In this document: one piece after another, positions 33,029 to 38,496 of the stretch | How positions within the stretch are numbered: position 1 is the stretch's first letter | Layout: each line of letters opens with the position of its first letter | IMG/VR virus record: IMGVR_UViG_3300020037_002115 | Origin: a virus | Reading direction: 5' to 3' (one strand) | Length of the DNA stretch: 38,496 nt | The notes under the pieces: generated by a model | Seen by the model: the letters and a program-made list of their open reading frames with translations, nothing else | What the model was told of the DNA's origin: nothing | Database searches by the model: none | Made by a program: the position numbers and the translations under genes

Positions 33029-33538
33029 ATGAAATATAGAGATATAATTAAAAACGCAACAATTGAACCAGAGAAATCATTTAATTCTGTAGTGCCTAAA
33101 GGTAGGTACTTGTGTGAATTAAAAAACGTAGAAGAAAAAGTAAGTAAAGAAGGTAATCCTTACCTTAAATTTGATTGGGTTATTTGTGATGGTGGAGAAT
33201 ATGATTCATGGCACTTATTTCCTATGATTAGTCCTGGAACTGAGCGCGGTGCAGGGATGTTAAAGCAGTTATGTGAAGCGGTTGGTTTGCCTGATGGGTT
33301 TGACGAAGTGTACGAGCTGCATGATCGTAAGTGTGTTCTTTCTGTTTACATTAAGAAATCTAAAGATCCTCAGTATCCAGATGATAAAAATGGGGTTGGA
33401 GGGTATTATGTTGCTACGGAAGGAAGTGTAGTTGTTGGGAGTAAGTCTAGAGTTCCTGTAGCACAGCCGAAGAGAAATATTTTAGATCAAAATCAAGCTG
33501 CACAAGCGGCGTTTGATTCGGATGATATCCCTTTCTAG
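33029..33538 (+). CDS. DUF669-like single-strand DNA-binding protein with an SSB-type acidic tip (169 aa)
   Basis: It contains VVPKGRYLCELKNVEEKVSKEGNPYLKF. The C-terminus is FDSDDIPF; the E. coli SSB tip is DDDIPF. Confidence 0.65.
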   Translation: MKYRDIIKNATIEPEKSFNSVVPKGRYLCELKNVEEKVSKEGNPYLKFDWVICDGGEYDSWHLFPMISPGTERGAGMLKQLCEAVGLPDGFDEVYELHDRKCVLSVYIKKSKDPQYPDDKNGVGGYYVATEGSVVVGSKSRVPVAQPKRNILDQNQAAQAAFDSDDIPF

Positions 33539-33545
33539 GAAACAT

Positions 33546-33827
33546 ATGAATAGAATAATATTAGTCTTATTACTTCTAATTTCTCGCTCCGCAAGTGCTG
33601 AAAACATTTGCGGAGCTGTAGCTAAACACGAAAGATTCCATACAAGAATTGAGCGCGGTAGTTATTGCATGAGCTTTTTTGTTCAATTCCCTTGGGGAAG
33701 ATGTAGCACTAGGGCTTGTTGGAAAGGAAGCAGAAGTTATCCGCCATCAGTTCGCGGATATGCTTGTGGCACTAGGGTTGTCTGTATCAGGCAGGGAAGA
33801 GGGCCGAGGTATTCGTGTAGATATTAA
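33546..33827 (+). CDS. secreted protein; the N-terminal part is convincing, the Cys/Arg-rich C-terminal part is doubtful (93 aa)
   Basis: SD AGGAAA lies upstream and the signal peptide is MNRIILVLLLLISRSASA|E. Downstream of the T6 run (33675-33680) the +1 frame looks more coding-like. Confidence 0.5.
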   Translation: MNRIILVLLLLISRSASAENICGAVAKHERFHTRIERGSYCMSFFVQFPWGRCSTRACWKGSRSYPPSVRGYACGTRVVCIRQGRGPRYSCRY

Positions 33828-33879
33828 TGCGGTTTTTAGCTTAAGGAGTTGGGGGTGGAGGAAGAAAAAACACATATAG
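33679..33879 (+). CDS. alternative-frame ORF, possibly the true C-terminal part of the 33546 gene
   Basis: It shows strong GNN codon periodicity and ordinary composition (LGEDVALGLVGKEAEVIRHQFADMLVALG). It opens just after the T6 run. Confidence 0.4.
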   Translation: MFNSLGEDVALGLVGKEAEVIRHQFADMLVALGLSVSGREEGRGIRVDINAVFSLRSWGWRKKKHI

Positions 33880-34070
33880 ATCCTTTTTTATACACGCAAG
33901 AATGGCTTATTGAATGTATTCGAGTAAAAAAAGAAGCACTTCAAACCCTCCTAGCCAGGGCTAGGGAACAAGCCGACTGTGATCGGCCTATTGAGGGTAG
34001 AAATTGGGAGTCCGAGGATGCGATATCAATTAGTGCGTTAGAAAAAATCGTAAAGGAGATGTTAGCCTAA
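33855..34070 (+). CDS. hypothetical protein (71 aa)
   Basis: GTG 33855 has SD AAGGAG 6 nt upstream. The track start TTG 33849 abuts the SD. Confidence 0.6.
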   Translation: MEEEKTHIDPFLYTQEWLIECIRVKKEALQTLLARAREQADCDRPIEGRNWESEDAISISALEKIVKEMLA

Positions 34071-34390
34071 TGTGCCACTACTGCAAACAAGAGCGCTGCC
34101 TAGACTCCGAGCGCGTCTGTGGCTGTAACCCAAGAAAAGAGGGGTATGTTATTCAGGCAAGAGAGTGGCCGAAGGCTAAGGTGGTTAAGAAGATTAGCTG
34201 CGAGTACTGCGGCCAAGAAACGAACAGAAAGAAACCAACTAGGCCAATGGATTTTGTTTTCAAAAACGGAATTCATTTGTGTTTAGAGTGCGCTAGTAAG
34301 CCGAGGTGCGATAAGTGCGATGGGGAGCTTAGTAGGCTGGGGTGTATGTTGTGTCGTAATGATATTAGGAATGTTTTGAATAAGGGGTAA
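34070..34390 (+). CDS. Cys-rich multi-zinc-ribbon protein (106 aa)
   Basis: It has five CxxC pairs (CHYC, CEYC, CLEC, CDKC, CMLC) plus a CGC. The start has TAATG overlap. Confidence 0.65.
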   Translation: MCHYCKQERCLDSERVCGCNPRKEGYVIQAREWPKAKVVKKISCEYCGQETNRKKPTRPMDFVFKNGIHLCLECASKPRCDKCDGELSRLGCMLCRNDIRNVLNKG

Positions 34391-34393
34391 TAA

Positions 34394-34534
34394 ATGACAA
34401 AGCTATTAAATAAAATAGATTCCCATCCAAAATTAGCGATTGCTATTACAATTGGTGTAAGTGTTGCTATAGCGGGGCTTTCTTTTTTACTTTGGTGGCC
34501 TCTGTTTGTTTATTCTTTTAATTATTGGTTTTAG
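34394..34534 (+). CDS. small membrane protein (46 aa), not in the ORF track
   Basis: Hand-translated: MTKLLNKIDSHPKLAIAITIGVSVAIAGLSFLLWWPLFVYSFNYWF. Confidence 0.45.
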   Translation: MTKLLNKIDSHPKLAIAITIGVSVAIAGLSFLLWWPLFVYSFNYWF

Positions 34535-34536
34535 CC

Positions 34537-34746
34537 ATGCCGAGCAAGCGTAAGCCTACTAAGAATATTCGTGTTGTAGGATATGGATCAGGCTGGCGAG
34601 TGGACACTATTCTTCAATACAGCTATTTTTTAGGCTCTGCTTATCAAGGTAAAGCGTGGTCAATGCCTTTACAACCAGGACAAGAATTGATTTGTTTGAT
34701 TAGACAAAAGCCAAGGAGAAAGCGTGGTAACAAAACGAAAGCTTAG
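34537..34746 (+). CDS. hypothetical basic protein (69 aa)
   Basis: ATG 34537 lies 2 nt after the preceding stop. The C-terminus is basic (KPRRKRGNKTKA). Confidence 0.5.
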   Translation: MPSKRKPTKNIRVVGYGSGWRVDTILQYSYFLGSAYQGKAWSMPLQPGQELICLIRQKPRRKRGNKTKA

Positions 34747-34924
34747 GCGAAGGCGGTTGAAGCAAGAGGCCTTAAGAGGGCTATATAAAAACAGGCTTTA
34801 TTTTTGTAGCAGCGCAGAGCCTATAAAATTCTGGTATTCCGCTGAGTATATAGAAAAATTAAAAGAAGTGGGCGATCCTGAACTAATTGAAACATTAAAA
34901 AATGGAGATTGGAAACCTAACTAG
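34724..34924 (+). CDS. hypothetical protein with a basic N-terminus (66 aa)
   Basis: GTG start with SD AAGGAG 5 nt upstream. It overlaps the previous ORF by 23 nt. Confidence 0.55.
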   Translation: MVTKRKLRRRRLKQEALRGLYKNRLYFCSSAEPIKFWYSAEYIEKLKEVGDPELIETLKNGDWKPN

Positions 34925-34988
34925 AACCCCAATTCTAGCAGGAAAACTTTTAGTTTTAGTTTGCATCTAATTTGGAGCAAGGAAGCGG

Positions 34989-35666
34989 ATGATTAAGCCA
35001 TATTACCAAGATGAGCAAAGCTGCATATATTTAGGCGATTGCAGAACTATTTTACCTCAGCTTGAGAAGGTGGATCTTGTGCTTACCGATCCGCCGTATG
35101 GGATAGGCGAGGCAGACGGTAAAAACAAGAGCAGGAGTAAACTAGCAATCTCAAAAGATTACGGCGTAGCAGGTTGGGACGATCAGAAAATAGAAACGGA
35201 AACGATCTTGCTAGCTCTAGGCTTAACACGAAGCGCGATTATATTTGGGGGGAACTACTACGCCGATATTTTAACTCCTAATAGTTGCTGGCTAGTCTGG
35301 GACAAAGAAAACGGAGAAAATGATTTTGCAGATTGTGAATTAGCTTGGACAAACCTAAATCAAGCCGTCCGAATCAGGCGCCATAGATGGCATGGGATGT
35401 TAAGAAAGGGCAACGAGCAGAGAGAGCACCCCACGCAAAAGCCGCTAGATTTAATGAAATGGTGCATTTTAAAAGCAGATAAAGATGGCGATTGTCAAAC
35501 AATCCTAGACCCCTTCATGGGTTCCGGCACAACTTTAGTCGCAGCAAAGAATTTAGGCCGCAAGGCGATAGGAATTGAAATAGAAGAAAAATATGTAGAA
35601 ATAGCTATAAAACGCCTAAGACAGCAAACTCTATTTGGAGTCACCCAATGCCCGAAAAGCACCTAA
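34989..35666 (+). CDS. DNA methyltransferase, beta-class N6A/N4C (225 aa), with no cognate nuclease recognised
   Basis: Motif IV is TDPPYG near the N-terminus and motif I is DPFMGSGTT near the C-terminus. SD AAGGAAG lies upstream. Confidence 0.8.
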   Translation: MIKPYYQDEQSCIYLGDCRTILPQLEKVDLVLTDPPYGIGEADGKNKSRSKLAISKDYGVAGWDDQKIETETILLALGLTRSAIIFGGNYYADILTPNSCWLVWDKENGENDFADCELAWTNLNQAVRIRRHRWHGMLRKGNEQREHPTQKPLDLMKWCILKADKDGDCQTILDPFMGSGTTLVAAKNLGRKAIGIEIEEKYVEIAIKRLRQQTLFGVTQCPKST

Positions 35667-36031
35667 CAATTCCTAACGCGGATGTTGAGCAATACGAACC
35701 TAGCACCCCAGAACGCGCTTTGTTAGTAGCTGTCCTTGAGCGTAGTATTTGTGACGTCCTTAACCCTCCCCAGAGCGAAGGCGGATCTGGTAAATATAAC
35801 GCTCATAACGCATGGGCGAGAGAAGCGCATGGCTGGTTAAGGAGCAAATCAGGAAAACCATTTAGTTTTCTTTGGATTTGTCATTTTTTAAATCTTTCGC
35901 CTAAGCGCATCAGAGCTGCGATTTATGAATATGAAGCTAAGGGGATTAGGTTTGAGTTTAATATGCATAAGACTTGTGTATCTTGGGAGTCTAGGGCAAA
36001 AAAAAGACAGCCCATTTCTGAGCTGCCTTAA
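35648..36031 (+). CDS. hypothetical protein (127 aa)
   Basis: The ORF overlaps the methyltransferase by 19 nt and is the last gene of the block. Confidence 0.6.
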   Translation: MPEKHLTIPNADVEQYEPSTPERALLVAVLERSICDVLNPPQSEGGSGKYNAHNAWAREAHGWLRSKSGKPFSFLWICHFLNLSPKRIRAAIYEYEAKGIRFEFNMHKTCVSWESRAKKRQPISELP

Positions 36032-36076
36032 ATGTGTGTGGTAAAGGTAAGATCTCCTTTATTGTACTAGATTAAA

Positions 36077-36316
36077 TTACTTGCGTCTACTGCTTTTTGC
36101 TTCACTTTCCTCCTGGCCAATTATAAACAACTGCTTACTAAGCTCACTTCTCTCATCAGCGTTTAACGCGCTTAGGTCCCACTCCTGGGGCTGGGTTGTT
36201 TGATGCCAGTTGTAAGCGTGATAGCCTCCGAATAGAGTCAGGTCGACTATGATTGTAAACAACATCCTGCTCGAAAACCAAAGCGCAAATGCGCCTAAAT
36301 TCTTCATTTGTTCCAT
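36077..36316 (-). CDS. membrane protein with an N-terminal TM and a charged C-terminal tail (79 aa)
   Basis: The TM is LGAFALWFSSRMLFTIIVDLTLFGG. The 3' half has coding-like codon periodicity. It overlaps 36156..36383 out of frame. Confidence 0.5.
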   Translation of the reverse strand: MEQMKNLGAFALWFSSRMLFTIIVDLTLFGGYHAYNWHQTTQPQEWDLSALNADERSELSKQLFIIGQEESEAKSSRRK

Positions 36317-36383
36317 ATAGCTTTTTAATCCTTTTATTTATTCCGTTTGCGATTTGTAATGCTTGCTCGTAGGTTGTGGTCAT
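36156..36383 (-). CDS. hypothetical protein; the first ~45 codons are convincing, the rest doubtful (75 aa)
   Basis: SD GGGAGA lies 7 nt upstream and the start has TAATG overlap with the lipoprotein stop. The C-terminal third (SRPDSIRRLSRLQLASNNPAPGVGPKRVKR) looks like off-frame translation. Confidence 0.45.
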   Translation of the reverse strand: MTTTYEQALQIANGINKRIKKLYGTNEEFRRICALVFEQDVVYNHSRPDSIRRLSRLQLASNNPAPGVGPKRVKR

Positions 36384-36553
36384 TAGTACTTCTCCCTAAG
36401 AGCAGGCTCTTGCTTTAATCCCGCTTGGTTGTTTAGCTCCTTAACTGGGCTAACCCCTATTTCAAAGCGCCAGCCTGTAGAACCGGCGCAGCCGCTTAAT
36501 ATGCTAACTCCTAATGCTGCTGTAATTCCTAATAATATTGCGTATATCTTCAT
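36383..36553 (-). CDS. small lipoprotein (56 aa), not in the ORF track
   Basis: Hand-translated: MKIYAILLGITAALGVSILSG|CAGSTGWRFEIGVSPVKELNNQAGLKQEPALREKY. It has a lipobox LSGC, and SD AAAGG lies upstream. Confidence 0.6.
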   Translation of the reverse strand: MKIYAILLGITAALGVSILSGCAGSTGWRFEIGVSPVKELNNQAGLKQEPALREKY

Positions 36554-36709
36554 ATAAATAACCTTTTTAAAACTTGAGCGTTATTGCTCACAAAATGAAT
36601 ATACGGATTAGACACAAAAAATCTTGACTTGTATTTAGGTTTTTTAATGGTGTTTGGCTAACCCTTTGAATTTAGGCCGTTATTTCTATTGCTAAGTAGC
36701 TATAGCCAA

Positions 36710-36737
36710 TTGACAAGTATCTATGATATGATAAGTT
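36710..36737 (+). promoter_or_regulatory. candidate promoter TTGACA-16 nt-TGaTAAGTT (extended -10) for the early block
   Basis: The -35 lies at 36710-36715, TG at 36729-36730 and the -10 TAAGTT at 36732-36737. The predicted start is about 36744, the A of the first ATG. Confidence 0.4.
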
Positions 36738-36743
36738 ATGATT

Positions 36744-36878
36744 ATGTTTACAGTAACCCAAGCAGCAAAGAAGTTAAGTATAAGTCGTCAACGCGTTCTT
36801 CAATTAATTAGCGCTAAGAAATTAGAAGCTAAGAAAGTTGGGAATACTTGGTTAGTAATGAGTTTAAAAAGGAAATAA
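36744..36878 (+). CDS. Xis/AlpA-type (HTH_17-like) DNA-binding protein (44 aa), not in the ORF track
   Basis: Hand-translated: MFTVTQAAKKLSISRQRVLQLISAKKLEAKKVGNTWLVMSLKRK. This is the classic excisionase-like HTH pattern. An in-frame ATG at 36738 is an alternative start. Confidence 0.6.
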   Translation: MFTVTQAAKKLSISRQRVLQLISAKKLEAKKVGNTWLVMSLKRK

Positions 36879-36879
36879 C

Positions 36880-37077
36880 ATGACATCCAGAGAACTATTC
36901 AAACTTGGCTTCCGCATAGCCGAAGCAATTTACAGACAACCAGGCCAACCAGTGAAATCAGAATCAGAAATAATGGCTGAGTTCCCTGATATTCCTGCGC
37001 CTTGTCGAAGTGAAGAAAGAAAATTAACCGTTGCCGATTGCCAGGTTTTAAATTTAAAGGAGTTACATGAAAGCTAA
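36880..37077 (+). CDS. hypothetical protein (65 aa)
   Basis: The ATG lies 1 nt after the preceding stop. Confidence 0.6.
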   Translation: MTSRELFKLGFRIAEAIYRQPGQPVKSESEIMAEFPDIPAPCRSEERKLTVADCQVLNLKELHES

Positions 37078-37189
37078 ACTAACTAAAAAAGCCAGAACCA
37101 AAGATTTAACAGGCATCCAGCTAGCCAGCCTCAAGCGCAAACTTGCTAAGCTCGAAGCTAGGGTCAAGAAACTTGAAGCAAAGAAATAA
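37067..37189 (+). CDS. small basic coiled-coil protein (40 aa), not in the ORF track
   Basis: SD AAAGGAG lies 4 nt upstream. The translation is MKAKLTKKARTKDLTGIQLASLKRKLAKLEARVKKLEAKK. Confidence 0.5.
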   Translation: MKAKLTKKARTKDLTGIQLASLKRKLAKLEARVKKLEAKK

Positions 37190-37203
37190 CAGCGCGAGGG
37201 GAT

Positions 37204-37824
37204 ATGAGCGAGTACCATAAAATACAATCGTTATACTTAAGAGATCCTGCCACTAAACATAAGACTTTTCTTGAAGGGCAATACTCATTACCTGAATTTG
37301 CTTATCTCAAAAATAATCATTGGGTTGCAACGGAAAAAGTCGATGGCACTAATGTTAGAATTTATTGGGATGCTCAAACTAAAACAGTCACCTTTAATGG
37401 TCGCACCAAAGACGCACAGATGCCTACTGCTTTATTTCAAAAGCTTACTGAAATGTTTCCTGCTAGTCGATTTCCTTTTGAGCATTCTTTGACGCTTTAT
37501 GGTGAAGGATACGGCGCAAAGATTCAAAAAGGTGGCGGTGATTACATACCAGACGGATGTGGTTTTATTCTATTTGATGTTTTTTGTGGTTGCTGGTTAG
37601 AGCGCCCAAATGTTGAAGATATAGCAAGTAAACTAGATATTCCAATTGCACCAATACTCTATCAAGGCAATTTAGCTCTAATGGTTGAAGTTTGCAAAGC
37701 TGGCTTTCCGTCTAAGCTTAGAAAAAGCGCACCTGAGGGATTAGTGATTAGGCCGCAAGTTGAATTATTAAGACGTAATGGAGAACGAATTATAACAAAA
37801 CTTAAGCTAAAGGATTTTCAATGA
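37204..37824 (+). CDS. stand-alone RNA-ligase-type covalent nucleotidyltransferase (206 aa)
   Basis: The ligase motifs are I EKVDGTN, III LYGEGYG, IIIa FILFDVF, IV EGLVIRP and V ITKLKLKDF. It is a single-domain protein. Confidence 0.75.
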   Translation: MSEYHKIQSLYLRDPATKHKTFLEGQYSLPEFAYLKNNHWVATEKVDGTNVRIYWDAQTKTVTFNGRTKDAQMPTALFQKLTEMFPASRFPFEHSLTLYGEGYGAKIQKGGGDYIPDGCGFILFDVFCGCWLERPNVEDIASKLDIPIAPILYQGNLALMVEVCKAGFPSKLRKSAPEGLVIRPQVELLRRNGERIITKLKLKDFQ

Positions 37825-37855
37825 AACCCCGACGAACGCGAAAGGAACCAACATC

Positions 37856-38200
37856 ATGACAACCAAACTACCGCAGGGCGTGGCTGTAGAAATTGTAGAT
37901 GGATTTACCATTGGCGTTCGTCATTTACTTTCAGACGAAAAACAAAAAGCTAACGGCAGAGCATTTACAGACAACCAACTAGCCTTGCGCGATCAAGCTA
38001 TTGCGAGGGCTGCGTTTATGGCTGCGAGGGCGCAACATAAAATGGAAGTTAAAGATGGGGTTATTCAAGGAGAGAATACCCTTCAAAGAGCTATGGCATC
38101 AATGTTTGCCGGTGGTGCTCCTGGTACTTTGTTTGAATATTTAAGCTTCGACGACTACCTGCAATCAGAGAAATTTTTAAAGTTAATTAAAGGAGAATAA
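37856..38200 (+). CDS. hypothetical protein (114 aa)
   Basis: ORF with SD-like GAAAGGAA upstream. Confidence 0.65.
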   Translation: MTTKLPQGVAVEIVDGFTIGVRHLLSDEKQKANGRAFTDNQLALRDQAIARAAFMAARAQHKMEVKDGVIQGENTLQRAMASMFAGGAPGTLFEYLSFDDYLQSEKFLKLIKGE

Positions 38201-38202
38201 AA

Positions 38203-38496
38203 ATGGAAATTGATAGCTTAACATTAGGACAGATTAAACAATTAAAAAACTTACTTGGCGGCGCGGAATTACAAACGATTCCGTTCTCGATTGGTGAGAA
38301 GGTTTTTATTAGAACAGTTACGCATTATTTGACAGGGCAAGTTAAAGAAATAGTCGGTAAGTTTTTAATTTTAACTGAGGCCGCTTGGATTGCAGATACG
38401 GGTAGATTTTACGATGCGCTTGAAAAAGGAACCTTAAACGAGGTTGAGCCGATTCCTGACTCTGTTCGCATTAATTCTGACACTATCGTTGACGCA
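38203..38496 (+). CDS. 5' part (98 codons) of the junction-spanning ORF; it continues at 122..160
   Basis: ATG 38203 is preceded by SD AAAGGAGA. No stop occurs before the window end, and the frame continues through the repeat to TGA 158-160. Confidence 0.75.
   Translation, partial: MEIDSLTLGQIKQLKNLLGGAELQTIPFSIGEKVFIRTVTHYLTGQVKEIVGKFLILTEAAWIADTGRFYDALEKGTLNEVEPIPDSVRINSDTIVDA
38376..38496. repeat. 121-bp direct terminal repeat, right copy
   Basis: Identical to 1-121. Confidence 0.95.

Noticed and set aside
36041-36060. Hairpin taaagg-taagatct-ccttta between the convergent genes as a bidirectional terminator
   Set aside because: The stem is only 6 bp and AT-rich with an 8-nt loop and no clear U-tract, so it is not convincing without RNA data.
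31291-36878. Cro-like and Xis-like HTH genes as evidence of a temperate lifestyle or a prophage
   Set aside because: I could not find an integrase, recombinase, CI-like repressor or attachment-site repeat. The window closes on itself, so these genes are more simply transcriptional regulators of a virulent phage.
1-38496. tRNA, rRNA or other structured RNA genes
   Set aside because: Intergenic space is very limited, with five gaps over 100 nt (15649-15763, 21318-21480, 29034-29203, 34391-34524 and 36554-36743). By eye, none contains cloverleaf-like arm pairings. This was not verified with tRNAscan-SE or Infernal, which would be the decisive check.

Overview
The window is a complete tailed-phage genome of about 38.4 kb. 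Bases 1-121 are identical to 38376-38496 and an ORF reads through that junction, so this is most simply a circular or permuted-genome assembly overlap (unique length 38,375 bp). Functions below come from motif recognition only; no homology search was possible.

Layout:
- (i) A plus-strand early block runs 36744 -> junction -> 4919. It holds about 27 tiny genes chained by ATGA/TAATG stop-start overlaps. They include an Xis-like HTH, a stand-alone RNA-ligase-type nucleotidyltransferase, a Lar-like zinc ribbon and an exported module ending in a lipoprotein HExxHxxGxxH metalloprotease.
- (ii) A plus-strand replication/recombination block runs 31597-36031: HNH endonuclease, AAA_24/Sak4-like ATPase, an SSB-like protein ending DDIPF, and a DPPY DNA methyltransferase.
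- (iii) A 26.5-kb minus-strand block runs 31518 -> 4936. In order it encodes a Cro-like HTH, a Toprim primase-helicase, a VRR-NUC nuclease, TerS/TerL, portal, scaffold, major capsid, T7-like tail and internal-virion proteins (one with an SLT domain), a tail fibre and a lysis cassette.
- (iv) A 3-gene minus-strand island lies at 36077-36553.

No DNA polymerase, RNA polymerase, integrase, tRNA or CRISPR array was recognised.

Most unusual items:
- A 34-unit NNNTCT hexamer array (190-393) is open in four frames. It encodes either a (W/R/K/E)-Ser or a Gly-Leu dipeptide-repeat protein.
- A trio of signal-peptide/lipoprotein genes is embedded between the head and tail genes.
- A GAAnnTTC iteron-like cluster with a 15-bp hairpin sits at the 3' end of the primase gene and is a candidate origin.
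- The reverse-oriented lipoprotein island contains two out-of-frame overlapping ORFs.
- There are two candidate leaderless regulator genes and a possible frameshift at a T6 run.
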